A stretch of DNA of 64,000 bases. Origin: Nitrospirales bacterium. GTDB lineage: Bacteria; Nitrospirota; Nitrospiria; Nitrospirales; UBA8639. Below, one piece after another: positions 29,722-52,011 of the stretch. Below the pieces are notes generated by a model. It made no database searches. It saw only the letters and a program-made list of their open reading frames with translations, and was not told the DNA's origin. Made by a program: the position numbers and the translations under genes. Position 1 is the first letter of the stretch, and every line of letters starts with the position of its first letter. Where the stretch lies: positions 1 through 64,000 of the forward strand of contig CBDBCZ010000013.1 in the NCBI GenBank assembly GCA_965203295.1, in the 5' to 3' direction.

Positions 29722-30378
29722 AGAACTAATACATGGTGGTTAATTTTAGGAGCATTACGGTTGTTACTTTTTCTGAGAGATATAGCTACAGTAGTTTGTA
29801 TGGTCCAGTAATATTGCACGCTGTTGGCTATAGTGTCTGCTTTTTGTGTGACTCACATGGTTATGTTCCGTTCTGTATATATAGGTGTGTAGCAATAGTA
29901 ATAGCAATATAGCTGAGAGAGAGAGGGAAATGTTAATATTTTAATATGACCACTGACCTTGTACACTTGTCTACTGTTCATGTAAAATTGCCTGAAAGTA
30001 TATGTAGTGAAGTTTTACAGAAAGTGATATGCTATTGAAGCCATCTGAAGTTCGTTTTACAGTATTATTCCCACAGCAACCAAACACCATTAAACAGGAC
30101 ATAATTATTACTTCCCGTCCAAATAAAATCTGCTTGACTCATGCATGTTGCGCATTTACAAGGCTCTCTCAGTCTGATTATGGATAATATATTACTTGTG
30201 ACGTCACATGTAATATATTATCCATGGTCTGATGAGTCTGTAGCTAGCTTTTGCTATCGTCTTCAAAAGACGTCACGGAATCACACGTGATACCAGTAAG
30301 CTAGAAGCCATACCTCTCGCTGTACTTAGGCTGGATACAATTTTAAGCGACGACAATACCAGTTGCGATGGGTTACAC

Positions 30379-30446
30379 TAGCCTCAAACCCAGCCGTCCC
30401 AGCTTTTTTTAGCGAAAAAAAGCTGGGACGGCTGGGTTCGAGGCTA
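30379..30446. mobile_element. Hairpin MITE with 9-bp TSD
   Basis: TAGCCTC..GAGGCTA palindrome flanked by GGGTTACAC twice. Confidence 0.85.
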
Positions 30447-30970
30447 GGGTTACACCACTTCTGTTATAAAAATTGCAGCTCTGGCAACGTAAGTGAATAC
30501 GGGACTTTTTCTGGATGCACGCACCATCAGGCCCACATTTATCACTTCAGCTTCAATTCATGTATATAGTTATTATTACATGTATACCTAGCCTAGTGAG
30601 TCTGGCCATGCAGTGAGAGTAGGTTGAAGGTACACAATACGTATGTATCAGGCATTACTGGCAACATAATTTAATAATTGGCTCTCTTACAGTTTCCAGC
30701 AACATTGATCTAGAATCAGATCATGTAGCTAGCTAGCTAGGTCAATGCACTCTTGTTTTGTGAATGCAGAACTTAAACTATGCCCTATTTGCCATCTTGT
30801 TCACTAGTCTCCACTCAAGCAATTGCCATAGTATCATGCTATTTGATGAGATATTCAGGATAATTAATGGTTTTATTTTGTTGACAAATGTTTGTCATGA
30901 TGTCTATGAACCTACAGGGATTGTGCAGTGGGATACAGCACTTTGATCACCGCTACAGTGAGGCCGGTGA

Positions 30971-31017
<47 letters not shown>

Positions 31018-31046
31018 AATGACTGGAACACCTTTGTTTATTCCAG

Positions 31047-31313
31047 AACACTACAGACACAGAAAATGGCCAAAACAGGGACCCTTTTCTTCCCAGTGCG
31101 GACACACACACCCCGGAAAATAACATCAGTGGCAATGTTCCCAATACTGTAACAAACCAAGTGCGGGTGGCTGTTGATGTACACGTCGCAAGTCATGGAA
31201 CAACATCGGGCAGCTACTATACAGCACCTAGCAATTCACGTCGCAGAGCTGCTCAAAGAGATGCACCAGCAGCAAGTGATCAGGAACAGCAACAGCTCCT
31301 AAATTCTTCTTAG
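31047..31313 (+). CDS. Candidate alternative terminal exon of the Amt gene (88 aa + stop)
   Basis: TTATTCCAG acceptor, open in phase 0: NTTDTENG...SHGTTSGSYYTAPSNSRRRAAQ..EQQQLLNSS*; homologous to exon 29431-29721. Confidence 0.6.
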   Translation, partial: NTTDTENGQNRDPFLPSADTHTPENNISGNVPNTVTNQVRVAVDVHVASHGTTSGSYYTAPSNSRRRAAQRDAPAASDQEQQQLLNSS

Positions 31314-32775
31314 AGATGAACGTACACGACAATGTATATATGTTCTGCTGTAGGTAGCAGATTTGGCTGGATGTACATGTATGTATAATGCACCTGCAGT
31401 ACTATTTCTAAGAGTGAGTGTACTATATATGTTGCATGCATGTGACTTTAAAAGTGCATTAAATTTTTTTTATAATGACATGACTTATATTTATCCATCT
31501 AACCTGACTGTTACGTAATGTTGGCGGAGCTGCAAGAGAAGCATACATGACATGTATATATAGATATTTAATTTTAAAAATGTAGGATTTAATGGCACTG
31601 TACAGAAAATTTAAAAAAAACAAAACAAAAAAAAACAGATGAATTTAATTAAATTTTTGAACTAACAAAACTAGCAAGGCAGGAATGACACCACAGAACT
31701 GTGAAGGATTACCAGAGCTCAAAATAGCAGTTGGCCACTGGCCATATTCCGTACAATTTTCTATAATGGTCACCCAAAATTTGATCTTATTTGTATCAAA
31801 TTGTATAGATGGCCAATCAAAATTTCATTGTGGCCAGCCAAACCCAAAGCCTTATTGTTAGCTCTGATTACCATCCAGGATTGTAATAACTTAATTTACT
31901 ATGATTGCATGTAAGTTACTCACTCTTTGAACAACATACATGACTCACAAGACACTATTTACACAAAAAGGTCTGCCTATAGCTACAGAAAGTTCGTTAA
32001 CACTGACAGTATTACCAAATAAGCCTACATGGGCATCACAAACATAATTATGATCTAACACCAATACACAAAACTCAACAATACATAAACATTGCTATAT
32101 ACAGCTCACCCAAAAACATTGATGTACATACTACTTGGATGTACATACTCCAAGATTACGTACATGTAGCATGCCATGGGCTAGATGGGAAGCAAAGAGG
32201 TGTGGCCCCCCTCTTTTTTTATCCACAAAATTTATCACATGTAGCTACCTAGTAAGCCTGTGCTGAAACTCGCTGGGCTGTAACCTACTAAAGTTCAGCA
32301 CCAGGGCTAACGGCGGTAACCTACTGAAGTTCAGCACCTCAGTTTAGGTGCTGAGCCTCAATCAGTTGCTGGACTGGCTGTTGGCGGTAACCCACTGAAG
32401 TTCAGCACCTCCTCAATCAGTTGCTGGGACTGGCAGTAACCTACTGAGGTTCAGCACCTCAATCAGTTACTGGGACTGGCTAACCATAGATCCGAAGGTT
32501 ATATTATCTATGGGCTAACCTACTGAGGTGCTGAACTTCAGTCAGATGCTACTGAACACATAACAATAATTAACACGGCATAGTTGGGCTAGTCCACTCT
32601 AGATCTGGTTCTGCCATGCCTTTATGTAGGCTGCATGGTGCATGCAATCGAGGTTCATTAGTGGACGTCACATCCGTTACACACTCACGCACGGACAGAG
32701 CTAACGATAAAGTATTGACAAGTTTAGGACTATACAGCTCGAATGTTTAGCTACTGTGACAGCATAATAAAACAG

Positions 32776-41395
<8,620 letters not shown>

Positions 41396-41649
41396 GCTGC
41401 AGTGGTGGACTGCACAGCACCTTTCTCAAGTCAGTACTGGGAAATGGTATGAAGAAAGTAGTCGAGGCATCACACCACATAAATTCCAACCAGTGAAATA
41501 CTATATAGACTAATCCTGACCCTAATTTTAAACATCACATAGCTTTCACTTTCACAGTGCCTCCATCAGTGGCAAAAAAAATATCTCGCTAACTCAACCA
41601 TGTGTAAATACAAGATGTAGGCCTGTGCCAATATAATGAGGGCACAACG

Positions 41650-44169
41650 TGAGCAGAATCATTTGCTACAATGTTTGGGTGTGGCTACTGCACTGAGGTC
41701 ACCTATCATGGACCATGGCGAGAGTTTCAAGCATGGATGAGAGTGACAGCAAGCAAGCGAGAAATTTACCCACCAAAAGCATAAACAGAAGCAGTGAACT
41801 AGCAGTTACATCGCTTATTGATGGCTAAATAGCTCCACATACATGTAGGTGGGGAGCACCCCTTAGCTATTGCAAGCTCACAAAGGTCACACTTCTATGG
41901 CTGAAGTGTGGCTAAGCTCACAAGTGCTATATATAGGCGCTTCACAGGGTGGGGCCAGGGGAGGCCTCAAAGGAGTAAAGGGGGAGGCCCCTCCCTCTGG
42001 CTATCCAAGGAAAGGGGGGTTTGGTTAGGGGTGTGCAAGGTTGGCCAACCCAACCTCCCAGCCGAGAATGCCTCTTGGGGGCATGCTATGGTGGAATTCC
42101 TTCCCGACCGAGGACAGGTTAAATAGGGTTTAACGAGTTAAAGCAGGTTAACATGCGAGGGCAGGGAAGTGGGTGTGGCCTATAGGCAGTGAGCATGCGT
42201 AGTGAAGCCTAAGACGCTTGCGGTTACACGTGGTATATAGCAATAATCAAGCGTGCACTGCAGCTTTCCCTCCCTGGTCTATATTTCATATATTCCTTCC
42301 CACCCGTTGTGTTCTTTCATCTGCCTTTTGTAATTTAGCCCTCATGTCAATACTCTTATACGGCTTGTATTAGACCTCCTAGTTCGTTTTTGTATATTTT
42401 ATTTTCCTTTTCTCTGCTAGCTGGTCAGCGTGATTGGCTAGCATGACGGGTTGGGCCTAGGGTGGGGTGAAAAGCCCCCACACCTCGCCTCCCAAGGGTG
42501 GGGCCAGGGGAGGCCTCAAAGGAGTAAAGGGGGAGGCCCCTCCCTCTGGCTATCCAAGGAAAGGGGGGTTTGGTTAGGGGTGTGCAAGGTTGGCCAACCC
42601 AACCTCCCAGCCGAGAATGCCTCTTGGGGGCATGCTATGGTGGAATTCCTTCCCGACCGAGGACAGGTTAATTGCCTATAAAAACAACCTTGCAGACAGT
42701 GAGCCTTATGTGGTGCACACAAAACTATTATTAGTATATCAGTGTATTTGTTAGTTAGCCTGGTTCCCAGGCTTCCACCTCAGCTTTTGTCTAGCTCTTG
42801 CAGTACAAAAATCAGAATTTTTTTTACATGGTGCAGAAAAAGCTGTGAAGTGGAGCCTGGAAATGAGACTGATTATAAGCTAGGGCAATGTACAAACATT
42901 CTTCGCACACCACATTTCACTAGCATGTTTGGCCTAATATTTAGCATAGTTTGCAGTGAGTTCGGAGGTCGGATAGAAACTCTGCGTATCGGCTCTGAAG
43001 ATTGATGATAGCGGCTGACTACAGAATTCTTCTAATCTGTTTCATCTTCCAAGCAGCAGGTCGGACGAACCTAACCTCATACTCAGGCCGCCTATACCCC
43101 CAGAAATTACATTATGTAATCTCATGGCTGTGAGATAAAGTCTTGGGGGGAACAAGCCTCATACTGGCCGACACCATGAGCTGCGAACTTCTATGCAAGC
43201 AAAGCAACACACAGCCCCATGTCGTATACAACGTAAAGCAGCTTGACTCAGTTACAAGGTTATGAGCAGAATCATTTGCTACAATGTTTGGGTGTGGCTA
43301 CTGCACTGAGGTCACCTATCATGGACCATGGCGAGAGTTTCAAGCATGGATGAGAGTGACAGCAAGCAAGCGAGAAATTTACCCACCAAAAGCATAAACA
43401 GAAGCAGTGAACTAGCAGTTACATCGCTTATTGATGGCTAAATAGCTCCACATACATGTAGGTGGGGAGCACCCCTTAGCTATTGCAAGCTCACAAAGGT
43501 CACACTTCTATGGCTGAAGTGTGGCTAAGCTCACAAGTGCTATATATAGGCCTTCACTTGTACCCAAAGAAGGGCCAGAAGTTGCCTATAAAAACAACCT
43601 TGCAGACAGTGAGCCTTATGTGGTGCACACAAAACTATTATTAGTATATCAGTGTATTTGTTAGTTAGCCTGGTTCCCAGGCTTCCACCTCAGCTTTTGT
43701 CTAGCTCTTGCAGTACAAAAATCAGAATTTTTTTTACATGGTGCAGAAAAAGCTGTGAAGTGGAGCCTGGAAATGAGACTGATTATAAGCTAGGGCAATG
43801 TACAAACATTCTTCGCACACCACATTTCACTAGCATGTTTGGCCTAATATTTAGCATAGTTTGCAGTGAGTTCGGAGGTCGGATAGAAACTCTGCGTATC
43901 GGCTCTGAAGATTGATGATAGCGGCTGACTACAGAATTCTTCTAATCTGTTTCATCTTCCAAGCAGCAGGTCGGACGAACCTAACCTCATACTCAGGCCG
44001 CCTATACCCCCAGAAATTACATTATGTAATCTCATGGCTGTGAGATAAAGTCTTGGGGGGAACAAGCCTCATACTGGCCGACACCATGAGCTGCGAACTT
44101 CTATGCAAGCAAAGCAACACACAGCCCCATGTCGTATACAACGTAAAGCAGCTTGACTCAGTTACAAGG
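41650..44169. repeat. ~907-bp tandem duplication (41650-43259, interrupted; 43263-44169)
   Basis: Near-identical sequence; duplicated spurious ORFs at 42742 and 43652. Confidence 0.92.
41946..42671 (+). mobile_element. 726-bp insertion with 177-bp terminal direct repeats (possible Ngaro/DIRS-type terminal remnant)
   Basis: 41946-42122 equals 42495-42671; replaces about 24 bp present in the uninterrupted duplicate; related sequence at ~4325-4550. Confidence 0.55.
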
Positions 44170-45015
44170 CCAACTGTGTGAGTTACAAAGAAAACTCCGA
44201 TAAGAAAACTAGGGCTCAAAACTGCCTTGCATTCAAGATCTGCTAGTTCTAAATATACTTCCACACACAAGTGCATGGCAGAGCAATGGTACTGCTCTAC
44301 AAATTACAATCCATTTCAGAAACAATGGTGTTGACAAGGCCTACACAGTGTGGTCAGAAAATAATGTGGTGTGTGTATGTGAGAACCATTACTGCCTTGT
44401 ATGCTACTTACTAGCATGATAGCCATGCATGATCCATCACACAAGAAAACTAAATGGCATCCTAATCGATACTTTTGTACCCCGTCCTATTCCCATATCC
44501 AGTACATTTACTCTTATGTATGCCAAACGTAGCCTTGTTCCCAGGCTCCAACTCCCCAGCTAAAAAGCATACGAGCATATGATGGTTCTCATATACACAC
44601 CACATTATTTTCTGACCACACTGTGTAACCCTAGTGAGTATTCAAAGCTGCAGAGCTAGCGGGCCTTGGATGCGAAGCAATTTTTGGGGGAATGAGGCTA
44701 TATCCCAAACTATCATGTATCATAAACAAGCTACATGTACATGCATAACAAGTAGTAAAATACATTAGACTATGGTATGCATAATATCCTTTGATCTTTT
44801 GACTTTAATGAGGTCTCTAAAATCCATTAGACACCTCATCAAAAATTCACATTTCATGTAGACAAATTGAAAGCTGGAAACCATAGTCTAAGCTGGTTAG
44901 TGACCTCAAGCAGGTATCTTAGCTGCTTAGAGACCTTCAGGATGTACCTATAATCACCTCCCACTTCGCCCTTGGTGATTATAGGTAGTGTCCCTCAGGT
45001 CTCTAAAACAGCCTG

Positions 45016-45470
45016 CATGAAGCTGTGAATGTAGCAATAGACAACAAGAATAGAAGGACCTCTAACAGGTGCCAACGGAGCCATGAAGGAACCAGAGACC
45101 ACACCAGCCATAACAACACAAGAATTAGTCCTAGACAGGAACACAAATGCTGTGAACGGCCCTGGCAAGTAGGGCTGAGCCTATTATGCTCAAAAAAAGT
45201 ACCTAATTATGCTATACTGCACTGCTCTCCTAATATGCTCGACAAAATAATGCTGTGAATGTAGCAATAGACAACAAGAATAGAAGGACCTCTAACAGGT
45301 GCCAACGGAGCCATGAAGGAACCAGAGACCACACCAGCCATAACAACACAAGAATTAGTCCTAGACAGGAACACAAATGCTGTGAACGGCCCTGGCAAGT
45401 AGGGCTGAGCCTATTATGCTCAAAAAAAGTACCAATTATGCTATGCTGCACTGCTCTCCTATTATGCTCA
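45016..45470. repeat. 230-bp tandem duplication
   Basis: 45022-45240 repeated from 45252. Confidence 0.9.
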
Positions 45471-46908
45471 ACAAATGCCCCTAATTATACTCATTAAATT
45501 TAATGTGACCCTCACAGCGAAAACCAATCATCTAGACTGTTTCAAGTACGCTTGGGTGGTGTGTATTTTCATAGTATGTTAGCTGATATTGGACCACTCC
45601 CCTCAAGGTTTGACGGTAAGACATTGGTAGCTTGCTGAGTTTCCATTACGCATTAATTAAATGACGTAATTTCCCCAAGAAATTGACCTATTATGCTCGC
45701 ATCATGCTCAATGCTTTTGCATACCTATTCTAATGCTGTCATAATCGGCTCACCCCTACTGGCAAGCTATCCAGAGTCCAGATACTCTCTACAGATAGAA
45801 CTCCTCATGTAAGGGGCTGGGTAGGGAGACTATATTCACATCATTAAATTGTGTAATGCATTTCCTTGAAGTGAGCAGTAGCATATTATCGTAGGCCAAA
45901 ATCCTACAGCTCCTTGCACAACACAGCTACATTGCTATGCTTAATCGAATAGCTACCTACCCTATCCCTAAACTCCATCATTGGACTGCCGGACCAATAG
46001 CCACCTTGATAAGGGGGCATCTCCAAACTATTTTGCTGACAATGTAATGTTAAGAGGAGGGGGTCAGGGCTACAAATATGACGTTATTGTAAGTCGAAAC
46101 CATCATTGGCACGCTAGCATGCCTAGCCTCGTTCCCAGGCTGCATTCCCCAGCTTTTATTACCTAGAAATGCACAAATGACCCTGCATAGTGGCCTTGTA
46201 GGCCAGGGCGTGATGGTAAGAAGGGGGGAAGAGGGGGGACACAAGTTAATGCCACCCTCTAAAAATACTAGTGGCCTCATTGAGGTTAATTCACAAACCT
46301 AAAGTGTAACAGTTAGGTCACTGTGACTCTAAGGGGGGGAGGGGGTAGCGTCCATGACGCTAAGTACACATTTGGCGTGTGCAGTTTAATCTAGAAGCTT
46401 TCATGACCTCACTAGCTGTATTTGACTCAATTTGACCGAGTCTTTGCACACTGAGGTTGTTCCCTTTTCACAATAATATAAATCTCCTGTAGCAGTGTCT
46501 AAAACATGTGACGTCTGCTAAAGGGGGGGGGGGGGGAGGGGTTGGCCATAGCATCACATAGTCTCGCAGGCCCGCGAGACTAAGCATCACAGTGACGCTA
46601 ACTGTAAGTTTCCCCTAATACACGTCCACGCATACCAATCTGACTATTCTTCTACCACAATAGTATAGCCAAATCATCCTTCTCGGGAAATTATGCGACC
46701 TGGACTAGTCTCGGTACCAGCCCACCTATCAAGTCGGAGATCGCTTACAGTATTTAGCGATCTCCGACTTGATAGGTGGGCTGGTACTGAGACCATAGTA
46801 CGGTTTATATTATCTATGCTGAGACTAATGTAAGACAGGGCTCAAATTTATGTGTTGACGGCAAGCATGCTAGGAGACACACTATAGAACAGCTACCTCT
46901 CTGGTGTA

Positions 46909-47090
46909 CCTGAAGTATATAGTCTAGATCTTGCGGGCCTGAAAGACCGCCAGGAATCTCAGTGCAGTATACGCCTGCTTTGACTGTATAGTGGCTGCGC
47001 CCTCCGGAAGCAAACCGCTAATTACGCGCGTTAGTCTACTTCCGGAGGCGCGGCCGCCGGCGCCGGCGCCGGACGCCATAACCAATAGTA
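46909..47090 (-). promoter_or_regulatory. CpG-rich promoter and possible non-coding first exon of the MBOAT gene
   Basis: Local CpG/GC-rich patch with two CCGGAAG (ETS-like) sites and a CAG|GTAC donor on the minus strand near 46909, just downstream of the SPEF1 stop. The link to MBOAT is inferred. Confidence 0.35.
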
Positions 47091-47228
47091 ATGTAGCAAC
47101 TACTAAATAGTGCAAGGTGAAAAGTTGGTCAGGCAATAAAATATATATAGCAGGTCAGGTAAGGAAATATATAGCAATTCATAGACAGAACATAAAAGAA
47201 TGAAGGCAGTGGAATTTGATTGCTGTTG

Positions 47229-50200
47229 CTATCTCTTCAGGAATGGGTGTCTGATTGATTCCAGTTGTGAAGACAGTTCGCCGATCTTCATGTCCTTGAT
47301 CTGCACCAAATGCTCCAAGCGAGTCACCTTCATCTGTAGCAACTGCACAGTAGTGGAGCAGATAGCAATAGGCACAGGTCATGCAGTGATCAATAAGTAA
47401 TGACAACAACTACGGCTAATCCCAGTTTACGGCACAAGTCGAGGGTGGGAATAAGCTACAACTAAATTTAGATCTGGTTTTCTGATACTAAACGTTTTTA
47501 AAATTAGTTAGCTAACTAAAATGAACTAAAATTAAACTCTCGGTACAGTTCTCTGATACTAAAAGTTTTTAATACGGAAATTTCGTTAGCTAACTAATAT
47601 AATTACGTATTTCATTCTTTAATAGCCTTTTCAAAAACTAAACATACGAAGCAAAGCTGCTGAGGCCGATTAAAATGATGTCATTGTACGTTGGGTACAT
47701 GTACTAACAGATAAGCAGATCTAGAAGAGTGAATTGTGCTTGGAGAAATGCTGTGTTGTACGTGTACATGTATTATAGTGCAGTTCTCATCCTCACTTGA
47801 ATGTACTCCTGTGACTCCAATATCTTTTGGTCCCTCTCTGCAATCCTGATCTTCATGCCCGCACTCCCCTCGCGCTGTTTGTGCTTCAGGGGGAGCATCG
47901 TCTTCCTGGTGTTTTGAAAAGAACAGAACTTCCTATGTCGTATAGCTACACATGAACTCCATAGTTTGTAGTGTTGTTGAAAAGTTGAAAACAAAAAGTG
48001 CTTCAGTAGAAGCAAAAACAGGTTTTATTAGTTAACAGACTAAAATTACAACTTCAAGGGTGGGAATAAGCTACACGTATGTATATACAACTAACTAATC
48101 TTGTCCCCTCCTAAATCAACCCATTAATTTTGTTAAGGACTATAATACTACATGTACAAGTACTTTTTTCTAGCTAATTAAAACTGAAAATAAACCTCCA
48201 TTGTTTTTGCTAAAACTAAATTTAAATATGTAAAGTCATACTAGAGCAAAACTGATAAGTAATATGCATTATGATTTGCTCTGTAGACATAAGATTATTA
48301 AGATACGTACGTAACATGAATTATGAATATACCTCGGATTGTTTGCGTAGGCGTGTCTCCTCTCCAAGCCGGGTATCTTGGTTTGCTTCTCCGGGTTCGA
48401 GTGTCCCCTGTGAATCGTCCTGGAGTCCACCAGGTTGAACGTGTTCCCGGGGTTGACGGGGGGCAGGGTGGGGGCCGGCAGGGAGCCCTTGTGCTGCCGC
48501 TGCTGGGGGGCCTCCGGTCGCCTCTGGTTGGGATGGGGAATCCTGGAGGAGAAGTGTGCCTTGGGGCGTGGTTTGGGCTCCGCCCCCACGTGGGTGGTGG
48601 CGGCTATGGCTGGACGGTCCTGGCCGGGGAATTGTGTCGTGCCCTGGTGAGTGGTGCTGGAGTGGAAGTGTGAGGGGTGTGAGGGGTGTGGTGGATAATG
48701 CACGGAATGGTCGCCGCCTCCCCCTCTGTCGTGATGAGGTAAGTGGCTGCCTTCAGTGAGTTGAACTGGGCCTGGATGTCTAACGGGCTCCTGCAATTTG
48801 AGATCAAGGTGACGATCAAGGGATCAAGGTAGATTCTAGGAAACGATCAAGGGGTCAAGGTAGATTCTATGAGATGATCAAGGGAACAAGGTAGATTATA
48901 GAAGACGATTAAGGGATTGAGGTTAGATTCTAGGAGATAATCAGGGGAACAAGACGATATCTGGGCAACAAATCGATTAATGGATCAATGATCATTCTCT
49001 GCTACTAAGGAGGCAGGGCTACAGAACACTCAAAAATCCAATCAAGAAAAATTTTATAATATAAATAATTTTCGATGTTCAAAATTCTTAATTGGTCTTG
49101 TTTGCAAGCGTTTCTACAGGTGGTGTGTACGTACATGTAGGTGACTACCCCTGGCAAGACTGCATTGTATTATAATCACGATATGCTGCAATCTTTCACT
49201 GACCTGAGAAGTGTACATGAAAGGTCCCCCACTGCCGTAATTGGAGGACAGGTGGGCGGGGTTGTACTGTTCCCTGTATACCGTCCCACTCAGGTCCTCG
49301 GAGAGGCTTCGCTCCTTCCTGCTGTCCTCTCTGTTCTGGAGGTACCTCTCAATCTGGGAGATGATACATATACATTGTATATATCTTATATGGGTAGCCG
49401 TCCAATATCACTGGATATTGGACAAGTCAGTGCTGTATTCGGGTGAGTCCGAAGGAAGAGTCAAATACAAGCAAGACGAGTCCAATGTCCAGTGATATCA
49501 GATGGTTACCCATTCAATGAGAAATTTATTTTACATGTATATCGTATACACCACGCATGCACCCATGTTTCTGTTCATCAAGCCGTCCAATATCAATGGA
49601 TATTGGACAGTTCGCCATATACGGTAGGAAATACTACATGGTACATGTAGTACACGTATGAATGTATACAATAAGCATTTGTTTTGTACACTCCAAGTAC
49701 CACTATAGTAGTTCCTATAAATTATGGCAAGCTGTCCAATATCCAATGATATTGGGCAGCTTGATGAACAGGCTATTCAGAATCATTGGTGGTGTGTACG
49801 ATGTACAATAATTGAATCGGTACAAGGCTTGAGTACAATATTATACGTACAACCTCATTCCCAGGTGCTCCCCCCCTCCCTTCCCACAAGCCTTGAAGCT
49901 CACAAGTGACACTGCAGTAGCCAGGTGCACCAAATCGATTGTTAATTAGTGTGGGTAGCATCTGCTTTGTCGTACATATACATGTACACTGCCCACATTC
50001 GTTAAAAAAAATTGTGCTTTGCAGCTCTATATACGAAGCAGTTTCCTCCTTTCATATTACCCATACTATATACATGTTCATGTAGAAATATCGTGCCCCG
50101 CTATAGAGGCAAGTACACATTGGCTATTCTGCCTCGCCTTAGATCTGAGGGTGTAGAGGATGAACTCGATGACCCTTGGCTTGCTGGCAGCCACGTCCTG

Positions 50201-51630
50201 AAGGAGGTCCTCAGGAATGGTGAAGTTCAGTCGAGCAAACACTTTCCCTGTAAGTAGATTGACAACATAATATCATACAGCAGCACATGGGTGCAGTCCA
50301 GGCCTTATATTTTCATTCCCAGTGCTTGGCTGTGGAGTATCAATTATGTACTTAGCCTCGAACCCAGGCCTTCCATGCAGATTTTTTTGTAGCCGTGGCA
50401 AAAAAACGGCTGCGGAAAAATCTGCGTTGAAGGCCTGGGTTTGAGGCTTTCTATTATAGCTGTTATGCTACAGTAAGCAAGATTAAACTCTTACTCTCTT
50501 ATTGGACCGTACAGCGGATTGTGGTTCATGAATGTTTTCTTTACAAAAGAATACAGTTTGCAATTACATGTAACTGCTTTTCAGCATAATATGACCCTAT
50601 CTCAAAATGATTCAGCACGGCCTAGTATGGACACTAGAGTACGAGGCTACATGCATGCATGCATGCATGTGTATCAGCTTCAGAGGCATGAGTCTAATTG
50701 ACTGCATGTCAAGCAACAAGTGATGCAAAAACGTTCCCGGGCTCCACTCCACACTTTTTTCCTTTCATTTTTCGCTTTCTGTACTGCAAGCGAAAAAAGC
50801 CTGGGTGGATTCCGGGAACCACCACTCCGGGGAACGAGGCTATTAAGTCACTATTTCACAGAACTAGAGGAGGGCATCTGTGTACTTACGGTTGAGGGTC
50901 TTCCAGTTTTCCAGCTTCTGGGGGGTAGAATTGGCAGGAGTGTAGTTGTGGAGTTCCACCAGCTTGGGAAGGAAGTGAGCTACCACCTCAGCTGCCAGCA
51001 CTGAGAGAGGGAGGGAGAGAAGAGGGAGGGAGAGAGGGAGGGGGGAGGGAGGGAGGGAGGGAGGGAGGGAGGGAGGGAGGGAGGGAGGGGGGAGGGAGGG
51101 AGGGAGGGAGGGAGGGAGGGAGGGAGGGAGGGAGGGAAGGAGGGAGGGAGAGAGGGAGGAAGGAAGGGAGGGAAGGAGGGAGGAAGTGAGAGAGAGAGGG
51201 AGGGAGGATGTTTGCAAGTGCGCTACATGTATATATAGACTTTATTTCCAACCTCTTCATTCAGGGGCTCCAGTAGTCACATGGCCTAGATCTACATGTA
51301 AAACACGAGAATAGGGCCCCAGTAGCTCAGTGGACACCGACAAGAGTGTCTGACTACTGCATGTAAGTGTTCAAAGGTTCTGATTTCTTCTAGTCTCTTA
51401 GAATTAACCATCACATTAATTTGTATACATGTAGGCTTATTAAAAAAGTGGGAAATTTAGTTCTTATGCTGTTCTTGATTGTTTTATTGTATGCTCGATT
51501 ATATATGCTTAAACACAGACTCACCTCCATCACTGAAGTCTCTGGTGATGCTCTTCTTCTGCCTGGAGAGTGGGATCTCGTCAATCCAGGCGTAGAGGGC
51601 CTGTAACTCCTCCTCGGTCAAGTCCGCCAT
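47229..51630 (-). CDS. SPEF1: Sperm flagellar protein 1 / CLAMP (CH domain + C-terminal coiled coil)
   Basis: MADLTEEELQALYAWIDEIPLSRQKKSITRDFSDG / VLAAEVVAHFLPKLVELHNYTPANSTPQKLENWKTLNR / KVFARLNF.. / IAERDQKILESQEYIQ / LLQMKVTRLEHLVQIKDMKI; 7 exons, with a His/Pro-rich linker exon at ~48333-48791. Confidence 0.92.
51003..51206. repeat. (GGGA)n polypurine tract directly upstream of the SPEF1 exon-2 acceptor
   Basis: Direct observation. Confidence 0.9.
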
Positions 51631-52011
51631 CTCGGTGATGTTTTAACTACAGTTTCTATAGTTACGTAACCACGCCTATGCACGTGCACAAGCGCGGCGA
51701 TCGCGCGGAGCGATTACGTGCGATGATACCGTTACATAATTAGCACTTCCATTAGACCCATAATCAAATTAAGAGTTTGTTACCCAGCAAATAAAGCCGA
51801 TAGCGTACATGTATGTACATCCCTCCTGGGCGTGTTAACTCACTGAGTCACTTGTACACAAATTATAATGATGATGTATGTTTACATTCATAAAAGAGCC
51901 TAAATGCACACAACAAAACTGTGAAAGTTTGCTAGCAAAAAGCATGTCTTCTGTTATATAATAGTAACAAGCAGCTGGCCTAGTGTGCACTGTTGTCCAG
52001 CAAGAAGTCCC

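Noticed and set aside
30225..30290. Hammerhead ribozyme (CTGATGAGTC...GAC)
   Set aside because: The required GAAA after stem II is absent.
51315..51390. tRNA gene (TAGCTCAGTGG A-box); similar B-box fragment on the minus strand near 38595-38610
   Set aside because: No cloverleaf; at most decayed tRNA-derived SINE heads.
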